Positions 49,269 through 59,082 of a DNA stretch of 64,000 nucleotides are shown here, piece by piece. Numbering within the stretch: position 1 is the stretch's first letter; each line of letters begins with the position of its first letter. The notes below the pieces were generated by a model. That model searched no databases and was not told the origin of the DNA. It was given only the letters and a program-made list of their open reading frames with translations. Both the position numbers and the translations under genes were made by a program. The DNA comes from Candidatus Bathyarchaeota archaeon (GTDB lineage Archaea; Thermoproteota; Bathyarchaeia; 40CM-2-53-6), in assembly GCA_963733055.1 (NCBI GenBank), contig CAVTBR010000001.1, positions 864,001 through 928,000 of the forward strand. Direction: 5' to 3'.

Positions 49269-51854
49269 TTAGGAGCATGCGCCCCAACCGCATTCAGGGC
49301 AGATATAGCAACCTTCCTGGTATACGACTTGGCTCGTGCATTGGGGGCAAATCTTGAGTTGCTCCCCTAAGCCTTGGGCGCCGCCTACTAGAGGGACCGC
49401 GAGAAGTTTTGGCGTGTTGTGTACCTGTTCCTCTTCAGGTTTTTCTTGGCTTTGGGAAGATTCATGTTTCTTGCGCGATGCTACGAGAACCTGGCCTTTG
49501 ATTGATGTATCTCGGAACACGGTCACATCTTTGCAACCTAGCCTGTAGGCTAACAAATACGACTCACGCATGTCTTCGACCGTTGCGTTTGCGGGGAAGT
49601 TGTTTGTTTTGGATATTGATGAGTCAGTCCATCTTTGAAAGGATGCTAAAGCCCGTATGTGGTCTTCGGGGCGAATGTCCATCGCAGTGATGTATACGCG
49701 TTTCAGATCTTCGGGTATGTAGGTGATCCTTTGGATAGAGCCGCCGTGGTCTGTAACGTCCATGAGCAAATCTTCTCCGAATAATCCTTCTTCTGTCATA
49801 ACCCGTTCGAAGACCGGATCTATGTAGTAGAAACTTCCAACCTTGACGTGCTTCTCAAAGACTAGGGAGTAGATGGGTTCAATTCCACTACTGCAACCCG
49901 CGATCATTGAGATGCTTCCCGTCGGTGCAATAACGGTCGTGTATCCGTTCCGGACACCATGCCGCTTAATCATATCCGCGACCTTGTCCCATTCGAAGTG
50001 CCATGCTTTTCTATCCTTGAATGCGGAGAAGGGAAGCTTTCCTTCAGGGTAGAAGCTCTTGTTGTAGTACGGCAGAGATCCGCGTTCTTTTGCGAGTTCG
50101 ATTGACGCAATCTTGGAGTGGTAGTTGATGAATTCCATGAGTTCTTCCATGATCTTCCTACCTTGCTCGCTACTGTATGTAGCGCGCAGTTCAAAGAGCA
50201 TGTCAGCGAGACCCATTACCCCCAAACCGATCTTTCTTGTTGCCAACGTCATTTCTTCGATGGCTTTTAGCGGGAAGTTGTTCACGTCAATGACGTTGTC
50301 GAGAAATCGAGACCCGGCGTACACTGCCTCTCGTAGTCCATCCCAGTCGTATGTTGTTTTGCCATTCGCATCATGCTTGATGAATGCCCAGACATTGATG
50401 CTGCCAAGGTTGCATGATTCGTTAGGGTAGAGTAGGACTTCGCCACATGGGTTCGTAGTAACTATCGGCCCTAGGTGCTGCAGGAACGGGTTGTGCTCGT
50501 TCACGTGATCGAAGAAAATTACTCCTGGTTCAGCGCTTTCCCAAGCCTGGTACACGATCATGTCGAACAGTAATCGTGCGTTTATGTCACGCACAACCTG
50601 TCCCGTTCTGGGGTTGACGAGAGGGTAGGGTTTGTTGGTTTTGTAGCTTTCCCAGAACTCTGGCATTATTAGAACGGATATGTTGAAGTTTCTGAGAGCC
50701 TTGTTTCCTTTCTTTGCAGTGATGAATTTCTCGACGTCCGGGTGATTACTGTCGAGGATGCCCATGTTAGCTCCTCGTCGGATCCCGCCCTGTTTGATAA
50801 CGTCGGTCATAGTGTCGAATAACATCATGAAGCTGATTGGGCCAGAAGCTACACCTGAGGTCGAGCTTACATAATCTCCTTCCGGCCTTAGTTTCGAGAA
50901 ATTGTATCCCATCCCGCCCCCAGCCTTGAATACTACGGCGGTCTGTTTCAGTGTCTCCATGATACTCTCAATAGAATCATCTACTCCAAGAACGAAGCAG
51001 GCGGAGCCCATGCCGAGGACGTTTCCGAAATTGGCAATCGCCGGGGTGTTGGGCATGAACTTTCGAGTGACCATTAGTTCGTAAAACGAGTTAATTGACT
51101 TCTCAAATTTGTTAAAGCGTCCGTTCTTGAGCATGTCGAAGAACGTAGGCCATGAAACCTTTGCTTCTCCTCCGAGATCGAATCTGTCGTACATTCTCTT
51201 CAGTGCTTCGAGGTGATAGCGGTTAAGTGAATATTTCCCGATGGAGATCTTCTCATGGAACTGTTCAGGGTCGAAAATTTCCCGCGGGTGTGGACGCTGT
51301 TTCTTGGTGATGTCGAAAACCTCGACGTCGTATAGCAGATCCGGTAAAGCTGCGTGAACGGCTATTCTTGTAAAAAGTTGTTTCGGCGTTTCTACGAGTT
51401 TACCGGTCTCATCCTTCTTCAGATATCGGGCTTTGAGGACACGTAGGGCGTTCAGGTCGAATACTTTGTCAACCTCGTCGATGACTTCTTTCTCGAGGAT
51501 TCTCTGTTTTTCGCGTCGAATCTCGGCGCACTTTTGCCTGTAGATAATGTATGCTTTAGCTACCTTGGCCTGTCCGTTTTCAACTAGCGCCCGTTCGACT
51601 ACGTCCTGGACATCTTCGACCGCAGGGATCGTTCCTGTTCCGTATTTTTCGTCGAGAATTTCGATCACTCGCGCAGAGAGCGACTCTGCGAGAGTTCGGT
51701 CTTCTCTTCCGCCTGTGGCGATGACGGCCTTGTAGACTGCGCTAGTGATCTTTTCTTTGTCGAATGCGACGATGCGTCCGTCACGTTTTCTAATCTGACT
51801 GATCTTCAAGCTAGATGGGACCTTTCTCTTCGATGACTGAACGTGGGCTACCAA
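49269..51854 (-). CDS. nrdJ: Adenosylcobalamin-dependent (class II) ribonucleotide reductase with ATP cone
   Basis: KRDGR ATP cone, SACF, RRGANM, TNPCGE, CNLGS, IAPTGSIS, SISKT.N and C-terminal CPQC/CPEC. Confidence 0.95.
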   Translation of the reverse strand: MVAHVQSSKRKVPSSLKISQIRKRDGRIVAFDKEKITSAVYKAVIATGGREDRTLAESLSARVIEILDEKYGTGTIPAVEDVQDVVERALVENGQAKVAKAYIIYRQKCAEIRREKQRILEKEVIDEVDKVFDLNALRVLKARYLKKDETGKLVETPKQLFTRIAVHAALPDLLYDVEVFDITKKQRPHPREIFDPEQFHEKISIGKYSLNRYHLEALKRMYDRFDLGGEAKVSWPTFFDMLKNGRFNKFEKSINSFYELMVTRKFMPNTPAIANFGNVLGMGSACFVLGVDDSIESIMETLKQTAVVFKAGGGMGYNFSKLRPEGDYVSSTSGVASGPISFMMLFDTMTDVIKQGGIRRGANMGILDSNHPDVEKFITAKKGNKALRNFNISVLIMPEFWESYKTNKPYPLVNPRTGQVVRDINARLLFDMIVYQAWESAEPGVIFFDHVNEHNPFLQHLGPIVTTNPCGEVLLYPNESCNLGSINVWAFIKHDANGKTTYDWDGLREAVYAGSRFLDNVIDVNNFPLKAIEEMTLATRKIGLGVMGLADMLFELRATYSSEQGRKIMEELMEFINYHSKIASIELAKERGSLPYYNKSFYPEGKLPFSAFKDRKAWHFEWDKVADMIKRHGVRNGYTTVIAPTGSISMIAGCSSGIEPIYSLVFEKHVKVGSFYYIDPVFERVMTEEGLFGEDLLMDVTDHGGSIQRITYIPEDLKRVYITAMDIRPEDHIRALASFQRWTDSSISKTNNFPANATVEDMRESYLLAYRLGCKDVTVFRDTSIKGQVLVASRKKHESSQSQEKPEEEQVHNTPKLLAVPLVGGAQGLGEQLKICPQCTSQVVYQEGCYICPECGWGACS

Positions 51855-52091
51855 TTTGATTTTTGCCTCTCAAAAGGTAAGGACTCGTGTAAGCCCCCTT
51901 TCGCACTTTAATAGTTTTCGACAGAATTGTATAAAATATTGTACCATTCCGCAGAGGAAATGCATCGTCGCATTCAACAACCTTTGGGGAGTTTCGACTG
52001 GAAGGGTTGACTTGTCAATTCTCGGCCCATGGATCCGAGTGGAAAAGGCTTTTATTATTTGGAACTGGGCCTACGAAAAATTGTATCCGAG

Positions 52092-52766
52092 CTACCGCCT
52101 TCGTATTCTTCCTAAAAGCAATGGATCTGGGATGTCTAGGGTCTTGAACGCTGACTGGCGGTTGTTGCAGCCGCGGCATTTTCCGCATGGTGTCTTGGAG
52201 TTTTGGTAGCAGCTCCAGGTTAATTGAAGTGGGACCTTCAATTCTAACGCGAGTTTGAGCACTTCCTTCTTGTTGAGGTTGATTAAGGGGTTGACCGTTT
52301 GGATCACGAGACCTTCATTTCCCGCTCGTGTCCCAATGTTTATCAACTCATTCATGCGTTGAATGAACGTCGGCCGAGCGTCAGGAAGCTCCTTCGCATC
52401 ATCAGCATTTGAACCAAAAACTATCTTGCTCGCCTTGAGCGTTTCCGCGTAGGCAGCTGCGATGCCGTAGAAGATTATGTTTCGTGCTGGAACATAGGCA
52501 GAAGATATTTTCAAGGACGGGTCTGGCTTATACCGCTTTTCGATGTCCTTGAAGAATGGAAGGAGTATGCTGAAATGTTCTCTTACGTGTGCTGCCCGGG
52601 CGAGCTTTCTTGACGCTTCGGCTTCGCTGTCGTATGACCGAGCATAGATCATGTTCATGGTGTAGATATCATCAGTCTGCTCTTTCGTCAAGTAGAGTGC
52701 GGTCGCAGAGTCGATTCCACCCGATAAGAGCACAAGCGCCCGAACCACACACAACCACCCCAACAA
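52092..52766 (-). CDS. queC: 7-cyano-7-deazaguanine synthase
   Basis: LLSGGIDSAT, YVPARN, PD.RP.F and TWSCY....PCGKCRGC. Confidence 0.92.
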   Translation of the reverse strand: MLGWLCVVRALVLLSGGIDSATALYLTKEQTDDIYTMNMIYARSYDSEAEASRKLARAAHVREHFSILLPFFKDIEKRYKPDPSLKISSAYVPARNIIFYGIAAAYAETLKASKIVFGSNADDAKELPDARPTFIQRMNELINIGTRAGNEGLVIQTVNPLINLNKKEVLKLALELKVPLQLTWSCYQNSKTPCGKCRGCNNRQSAFKTLDIPDPLLLGRIRRR

Positions 52767-52888
52767 GAGCCTGGGGACTCGTAGATTTCTCGGTTTTGTA
52801 TCTTCTCACTCATTCTTCCATCTAGGGCTTCATCGGTGTCGTCGTCGAAATGGTCGAGGCGTATTCTAGTTGGTTGTTATGGTTACAA

Positions 52889-52933
52889 TTTCTACCTGTG
52901 GCCCCTGGGGGGGCATAGTTTTCTATGGCGCGT
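52889..52933. repeat. Structured dispersed repeat, copy 1
   Basis: GGGGCATAGTTTTCTATGGCGCGT (52910-52933) is identical to 58916-58939; imperfect similarity extends about 20 nt leftward. Confidence 0.9.
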
Positions 52934-53105
52934 GGGTCAGCTGCCCTGGGTGGGGGGCTTCGCGTGTCGGAGTTGGTTGGAGGGGGGGTTTTGGTTTGGG
53001 TGGGTTGTTCTGGGCGGATTTCGGTGAGTGGAGTGAGTGGATTTTCGATAGGGTAGGGTAGAGTAGAGTGGAGTTTGGGTGTCTTTCTGCTGGTGGCTTG
53101 CTAGG

Positions 53106-53231
53106 TCAGGTTCCCCAGCAAAGGCCAAGATGGCAATCCGCGTGTTTTCCTTTCAAACATTCGTCGCACGAGCACTCGCAGTCGGTTTCATATTCCGACC
53201 CGACACCGTACTCCAACTCGACTTCGCTCAC
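53106..53231 (-). CDS. Putative 41-aa Cys/His-rich metal-binding microprotein
   Basis: Manual read from GTG: MSEVELEYGVGSEYETDCECSCDECLKGKHADCHLGLCWGT*; below the ORF-track cutoff. Confidence 0.5.
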   Translation of the reverse strand: MSEVELEYGVGSEYETDCECSCDECLKGKHADCHLGLCWGT

Positions 53232-53688
53232 GACCCCGAACCCCAAGCCGTTTCATGCAACCAGACTAAAGCCCACTTTGTTACCACGAACCCCGAGGGT
53301 GAGTGACACGATGCAACCTAGGAAGATGGGGGCTTAGGGAACGAATTGGGGTGAAGGCTTAGGGATACGTCAACTGAAGTGTTTCGTTGAATTTTCTACG
53401 TATGCCACCCATGAGATTAAGGCGTCCCATGACCCCGTAGCTTCCTTTCGAACTGAACCTGTGAGGGTTGCCTAATCAGAAAGTTGGCGTTTCCAGGTAC
53501 ATTGAGGATGTGGATGATTTGGGACGTCGTTGCCTCTTCTGGAGGAGCGTGTAAGAACGTGCAATCGATGCTGGCAGTAACCGAAGACGTGGAAAAGGCT
53601 ATTGAACCCGAACGAAAGAAACGTGTGTTGGGTTCAATCCCCGAAACCGCCAGGGTCATTCTGGGTGAATACCTAGCCCGTTCAGAAA

Positions 53689-54195
53689 ATGAGCACAAAA
53701 CACGAACTAAGGCGAAGACAAGAAGACGGCTGGATACTGGATGGGGACCAGCGGGTCATATCGTTCAGAATCAAAACTTTCCAAGCAATGCTTGACCACC
53801 TTCGCTCTATAGCGGGGCCAAAGGTAGCGAATACAGTTCTTAATCAAATTGGAGAAGAGATAGGACGCGCAACATTCGAATACTCAAAGAATGATATAAA
53901 ATCAGAAAATCACTGGAAGATTTTGGATGAGGTTCTCAGCGTGGGCGGTTGGGGCAGGTGTATTAGCGTCAACAGAATCAATCACGAGCCCTACGTCACC
54001 TATGCTTACACTATAAGAGACTGCCCAGTATGCTACGGCCAGAAAGCCGCGGAACCGATGTGTGACATTGTTCGCGGGATCGTCACAGGTTGGCAAGAAT
54101 CCATCGTAGGGAGGAAGGCTGAATCAGCTGACGAAACGCGTTGTACCGCTACCGGAGCAGCGTTCTGCATTTTCCATATATCATTCAAGAATTGA
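53689..54195 (+). CDS. V4R domain protein
   Basis: GWG, CPVC, PMC...RG...G, ETRC.ATG...C.F. Confidence 0.88.
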   Translation: MSTKHELRRRQEDGWILDGDQRVISFRIKTFQAMLDHLRSIAGPKVANTVLNQIGEEIGRATFEYSKNDIKSENHWKILDEVLSVGGWGRCISVNRINHEPYVTYAYTIRDCPVCYGQKAAEPMCDIVRGIVTGWQESIVGRKAESADETRCTATGAAFCIFHISFKN

Positions 54196-54399
54196 AAATG
54201 AACCAGTCAGTTAACAGCCCAAAAGAACCCCGGTTTTTCGCGCGTGAGCTGTCATCTTGACAGAACCCACGTCCAAATGACCTGAAGACGCTGTTTCTTT
54301 GGACATTTTCATTGCCTCCTCGACCGTAGCGCCAATATATCCGGACAGAAGGTCAGCCGTCCGCTTCGCGGTCATCTAACCTGCTTGGATTGATTTGCC

Positions 54400-55191
54400 A
54401 TGGGAGCTGAAGAAAGTGATATCACCGCTCTCCGCAGGCTAGGTTTGACCGAATACGAGTCGCGACTCTACCTAGCCCTTCTGAAGATGGGCCCAATCAA
54501 AGCTAGCCAACTCAGTTTTTTCGGGCAGGTTCCACGAACAAAGACTTACCATTCGATAAAGGAACTTGAGCGTAAGGGATTAGTCAGCATCTCCCCTGGA
54601 AAACCAGAGATCTATTCCCCACGCTCCCCCATGGAAGTCCTAATGCCCATTGTTACGAGGCTGGACCACGACGTTAAGGATTCTGAGCAGGTCGTGCAGT
54701 CACTTGCGATGACTTATGAATCTAGCAAGTATGTGAAGCGCGATACTCCTAAGCAGTCGGATCAGTTTTGGCAGTTGGATGGCAGACAGAGCATATACAA
54801 TAAACTGAACCAACTCATGAACGACGCCTCACACTCCATCAACTACTCAACAACCTCAGCCGGCCTAATTCGAGCATACAGAGTCCACGCTAACGCACTT
54901 GAACACGCGGCCAAAAAAGGAGCAACAGTGAAGCTACTCGCCCCAGTCACAACAGAGAACTCTGCGCTGGTGAATGAGTTCTCTGAAATCGTCAAATTCA
55001 AAGCTACCCAAGAACCGCTCGCAAGCTTCGTCTGCGTAGACTCTAAGGAATTGGTTGTTCTCGAAAGTAGGCCGGATGACGTCAGAACCGATCAAGGGTC
55101 CGATTTTGCAGTGTGGACCACGAACAGGCTCCTCGTGGAGCTCTTCGAGAAGCTCTTCGAAGAGGTCTGGCGGAATAAACCCGAGAAGTAG
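54400..55191 (+). CDS. TrmB family transcriptional regulator
   Basis: LGLTEYESRLYLALL...VPRTKTY..IK.LERKGLV, plus an effector-binding C-terminal domain. Confidence 0.9.
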   Translation: MGAEESDITALRRLGLTEYESRLYLALLKMGPIKASQLSFFGQVPRTKTYHSIKELERKGLVSISPGKPEIYSPRSPMEVLMPIVTRLDHDVKDSEQVVQSLAMTYESSKYVKRDTPKQSDQFWQLDGRQSIYNKLNQLMNDASHSINYSTTSAGLIRAYRVHANALEHAAKKGATVKLLAPVTTENSALVNEFSEIVKFKATQEPLASFVCVDSKELVVLESRPDDVRTDQGSDFAVWTTNRLLVELFEKLFEEVWRNKPEK

Positions 55192-55593
55192 ACTAAACGG
55201 TCCGCCTGATTGTTGATCGACAACCAAACCGATCCCGCTCAAATATCTCCTGAGCTTAGCCGCCCATGACGTGAATCTTCTTAATCGTAGCGAATGCTCT
55301 CATTCTGCACGCGCGAGCGAGTTCATCATTCTAAAGCTCGGTGCCCATGAATTGGTGGAGTTCACGGATTAAGGACAGCCCCTTTCTCTTGCCATCCTCA
55401 GCGTTGACCGGTCGCCTCAGAATGGCTTCCACTCCTTTCGATTGTTTCTCGCTCAAATTATGCAGCCCGTAATCCGGATTAACCCGACGCAGTCGACCCT
55501 CTGATCCTGCCTCGTTACTACACTTTTACCTTTCCGTAGGTTCCCGTGCGTCATACTTTTCTAAGGGGAGACTGAGACCTTCGCGCGAAGCCT

Positions 55594-56067
55594 TTGGACT
55601 CCTTCATCCAGATCGACGAGAAGGAATGGAAAGCGTTTCTTGAGCAACTCTCTCAATTCGAGAAGAAGTATGGATCTCTGCTCAATATGCTGGACATGGA
55701 TGAGAGCAGGCTTCAGGCATTAGCTACACCCGAACAGAGAAAGGTGGAAAGTGTAGAAGCCTCGAGGCAGGAATCTGTGAAGAATCCGGAGAAGCATCAA
55801 GCCGAGCAAGTTAAGATGGGCTTTGTGAGTCGATTGAAGACGAAGCTTGAACACGTCGGTAATGCTTCGACGGGGACGGGCATCCGACAAGGGATTCTCA
55901 ATAAGTCGCAAGCCTTCGCGTCCTGTAGCCGATGTGGGTTCCAGATACTGCAGCCCACCAGATTCTGCCAGCGCTGTGGCGCCGATTTCGGAAAATTGTT
56001 GTGTTCTTGTGGGCGCGAGTTAGGTGCTGGGGATAAGTTCTGCGATCGTTGCGGGCGTGCGTTATGA
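55594..56067 (+). CDS. Zinc-ribbon (DZR-like) protein
   Basis: CSRCG...FCQRCG...CSCG...FCDRCG at the C-terminus. Confidence 0.8.
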   Translation: MDSFIQIDEKEWKAFLEQLSQFEKKYGSLLNMLDMDESRLQALATPEQRKVESVEASRQESVKNPEKHQAEQVKMGFVSRLKTKLEHVGNASTGTGIRQGILNKSQAFASCSRCGFQILQPTRFCQRCGADFGKLLCSCGRELGAGDKFCDRCGRAL

Positions 56068-56104
56068 AGTTGGAGGAGTCGAGCGGTTTGTGAGGGCCGA
56101 TCTG

Positions 56105-56383
56105 TTACTTTGAGATTCGCTTGTCTGCCTCTTTTGCCAGCCGAGACATAATTTCCCGAGCCTTTCTCAGGGAATCATCAGCCTGACGAGTATTATTGGC
56201 CATGTTTGATTCTATGGAGCCAAGCCTCGCCTTTGTAGCCTGAAGTTCATCCCGTAACTGTTTGTTCTCGTTTTCAAGCTGGTCGATCTTGTTCATGAGT
56301 GCTTGGGAGCGGTCGAGCAGTTTCTGGTTTTCTGCGAGGAAGCCCTCGAATTCCTTTCGCTCAACCGTAACTCGATCTGACAT
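56105..56383 (-). CDS. Small coiled-coil protein
   Basis: Heptad pattern over most of its 92 aa. Confidence 0.65.
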   Translation of the reverse strand: MSDRVTVERKEFEGFLAENQKLLDRSQALMNKIDQLENENKQLRDELQATKARLGSIESNMANNTRQADDSLRKAREIMSRLAKEADKRISK

Positions 56384-56508
56384 AAGCGATCAAGCAGTCA
56401 GCTCATTTGCTGGGATATGAGCCATACGGTCTGCTTACTTCTTGCATGACAAAAACAAAGTCAAAAACCGATTGACCGAACAGCTTCCTTGCTTGTTCGT
56501 GTCCTAGG

Positions 56509-57219
56509 TTAGGTGGAGGAGGATGATTGGAGGAAGACGGTGACGGGTGTGAATTGGTCTTGGACGCCATCTGGCAACGTTACGAAGGCTGGAGCGCTTC
56601 CTTGGGCTAGGACATGTAGAGCGTAGAGGTCGAGGGTTGAGAGGTTCGGTACCTGCGCAATCCTTTCTGGGGTGTACCTTGGCTCCATGATGTCTTTGCC
56701 GTCGAGGATGCTGCCCAACCCCAGAATCCTGCCCAGCTCATGTAACGCGAGCCAAAACGCATACCGCCTCGCAGTCGCGTTACTGCCTTGCGCGTCATTG
56801 AAGACTGTTGGCGTCAGGTAGGTTTGGGTTGAGGTTACCGAAGTTCGCGAACCGGCCGCATACTTGTAGGTCGTCCAGCCAACCGCGATTGAAGCGACCG
56901 CGGCGGGCATCGAGAAACTTACGGTCGAGGTTGCGGTTCCGTCGTCTGTCTCAACGAAATTGTACAGTGTCGCGGTTGGGTTGTTCTGTAGGTTCCAGAG
57001 CTGCGCTTTGTTCCAGGCGATCATTGCGTTCAGAACGACGTCATGCGCCCATTTTGGCGTCGTGGGGATGTAGATTTTGATCGTCAGAACGGAGTAACGT
57101 CCGTTGATGGGGATGGAGGGTTGAGCGGCATGGACCGGGGTCAGAGCTGCGAGTGTGATTAGGAGTAGCGGGATGCTGTAGCTGGCAGCCTTAGTTAACC
57201 CCATCTTTCTTCTAGACAA
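56509..57219 (-). CDS. Secreted matrixin/metzincin-like protein with degenerate Zn site
   Basis: Signal peptide (VHA-AQ), AM.AWN, HELGRILGLGS and the DIMEP Met-turn. Confidence 0.75.
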   Translation of the reverse strand: MSRRKMGLTKAASYSIPLLLITLAALTPVHAAQPSIPINGRYSVLTIKIYIPTTPKWAHDVVLNAMIAWNKAQLWNLQNNPTATLYNFVETDDGTATSTVSFSMPAAVASIAVGWTTYKYAAGSRTSVTSTQTYLTPTVFNDAQGSNATARRYAFWLALHELGRILGLGSILDGKDIMEPRYTPERIAQVPNLSTLDLYALHVLAQGSAPAFVTLPDGVQDQFTPVTVFLQSSSST

Positions 57220-57761
57220 TTTTATGAAGTCGTCTAGAATGGGTCAGTGTGACGGTTCTATGGACGAGAGCAGTAACATTTCTGTGGCATACAGCGTTAC
57301 TAGCAAAACCTCTACTCATGAATCAATCAGGTAACGCATCCGTGATTGTCACTAGCCCCTCCGAGAGTTGAGTGACACAAAGACGAGGTTCACAGAACGC
57401 CAGCATGGCTCAAGAACCGCATGCGTAACCTACGAAAAGCTGTTCAGTAGTTCGCGCGGGCGTCGGACGCGTTCCGGCGCTTCAGGCGCGATTGAACGCC
57501 AGCGTTCGACTAATTCACCGTTGTCACCGCTCTGTGCCCCACCCTGTTGATCCTGATTGCGCGCAAAGCCCGAAAGGTCTCCTTCGTCGGTTCGTCAATG
57601 AGCAGATCGGCACGGACTTAGTGTTGGACGAATACATCGAGATTGGTCGCGCTAGCGGATGACCTAGAAGATTACTCGCATATCTTCTGTCACGGATAAT
57701 TCCGGCTGGAAGTCACACGAAGCTTACCCCATTCTCCCATAGTACAAGCGACCGATCGGAC

Positions 57762-58004
57762 ATGCAAGCATCCTGGACCGACGCCCTTTGGGCGACAATG
57801 TCGCACGGCAAATACTACACTATGAACGACCTAGCAAATATTACCGAACAACCCCGAAGCAGTGTAGCTGAAGTGCTGAAGTTCCTAACGAAATACGGTT
57901 TCGTTCGCCGCATTGGCGTGAACGAGCCGGTCTTCACGAAATCTTCGGCCAAGTTCTCCCCAACAGAATCAATCAACCTACTCAAGTGCATCGCAAAGCC
58001 ATAA
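57762..58004 (+). CDS. Small winged-helix protein
   Basis: TMNDLA.IT.QPRSSVAEVLKFLTKYGFV. Confidence 0.7.
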   Translation: MQASWTDALWATMSHGKYYTMNDLANITEQPRSSVAEVLKFLTKYGFVRRIGVNEPVFTKSSAKFSPTESINLLKCIAKP

Positions 58005-58130
58005 CCTTCCGCAACATCAGCCTCTTCATTCCGATAACCAATACGTCCGGTTTTGTCTGTTCCGGGCTTGTCTTCGACGGTGGCTCTGTCTTAATCGGTA
58101 ATCATAAAAGCGAAAGCTTCACTGTTTTTC

Positions 58131-58874
58131 ATGGTTATCATGGTTCGCATCAAGTATCTCATCACTGCGCTCATCTTGTTAGTTCCTCTCCTTTCAGCCG
58201 CTCAGATCGTGCAGAGCCAACAGTACTCAACAACAACCGTCACGACGCTGTTAACGGGTAGCCAAGCGAGCACTGTAACACTTGGAACCCAGACGTTGAC
58301 GACGTTTCAGGGAGGGTCGACCCCGGTCTTTGCTGGTGCCGTTACGATACCTCCCACGCATGGAGTGTGTGGTATCTACTTTGTCCAAGCTTTCAACGGC
58401 ACCTCGAATCAGGTTCTCACTGGATCCGTTACTGCTAACAGTAACGTTGATGTTTACCTCATGACTGCGCCGGCGTTTCAGGCTTGGAGTCATCAGGTTG
58501 TAGCTGGGGGGACGTGCACTCCCGCGAGCTTGGTCGCGAGTCAGAAGGCGACGATGTCTTACAATTTCACGGTTACGATTCCTTCAGTTGGTGTCTATGA
58601 TTTGGTTGTGAACAACCTGTCGCACTCGACCGTTGTTGCGCAAGTGAACGCCAACCTCTCCACGTCCGCACCCACACTGGTCACAGTAGTCGCCTACTCC
58701 ACCATGAGTCAGCAGATGGTTCAAACGGTGATGCAGACTTCTACTGCGACCATGCAGCCGACGAGTGGCGGGCCGGACCCCACAACCCTAGCAGCCCTAG
58801 GGCTAGTAATCGTAATCATCGCGGCCGTAGCATATTTTGCGATGAAGAGACGAGGCAAGACGGGGAAGAAGTGA
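58131..58874 (+). CDS. Secreted Thr-rich, C-terminally anchored surface protein (GOLD/jelly-roll-like domain)
   Basis: Signal peptide, Thr-rich linkers, VDVYLM....F..W...YDLVVNN core, then TM + KRRGK. Confidence 0.75.
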   Translation: MVIMVRIKYLITALILLVPLLSAAQIVQSQQYSTTTVTTLLTGSQASTVTLGTQTLTTFQGGSTPVFAGAVTIPPTHGVCGIYFVQAFNGTSNQVLTGSVTANSNVDVYLMTAPAFQAWSHQVVAGGTCTPASLVASQKATMSYNFTVTIPSVGVYDLVVNNLSHSTVVAQVNANLSTSAPTLVTVVAYSTMSQQMVQTVMQTSTATMQPTSGGPDPTTLAALGLVIVIIAAVAYFAMKRRGKTGKK

Positions 58875-58893
58875 CTCTAGGTAAGAGTGACCT

Positions 58894-58953
58894 TTTCCAC
58901 CAGCGACCCCTTGGAGGGGCATAGTTTTCTATGGCGCGTTGCTGGCGGTGGGT
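58894..58953. repeat. Structured dispersed repeat, copy 2
   Basis: 24-bp core at 58916-58939 identical to copy 1; CCAGCGA/TTGCTGG outer stem encloses two hairpins. Confidence 0.9.
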
Positions 58954-59056
58954 TCTTCGAGCTCTGTTCGTTTTGCTTCCGTGATGTTCCCGCCCCAGAC
59001 CTTAGAAAGAGGAAAATGATCTCGCAATGACATGCCTCATATCGAGCAAAAGTTAT

Positions 59057-59073
59057 GTATTGCAATGTAATAC
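59057..59073 (+). promoter_or_regulatory. Probable TA autorepression operator
   Basis: GTATTGCA-A-TGTAATAC near-palindrome just upstream of the antitoxin ATG. Confidence 0.5.
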
Positions 59074-59082
59074 GTCGTATGC

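Noticed and set aside
52836-53337. ORF-track entries 52836..53027, 52870..53061, 52937..53128, 53068..53337 and 53079..53306
   Set aside because: They are low-complexity translations of skewed DNA with no motifs.
53417-53795. Overlapping ORFs 53417..53698 (-) and 53484..53795 (+)
   Set aside because: No recognisable family, and both overlap the V4R gene; I cannot support either.
52910-58939. attL/attR pair flanking a 6-kb integrated element
   Set aside because: No integrase or tRNA is present and the enclosed genes look chromosomal. Kept as a dispersed structured repeat instead.
58894-58953. Hammerhead ribozyme or CRISPR repeat reading of the repeat
   Set aside because: No CUGANGA/GAAA core in the right positions; only two copies 6 kb apart, with no spacers or cas genes.
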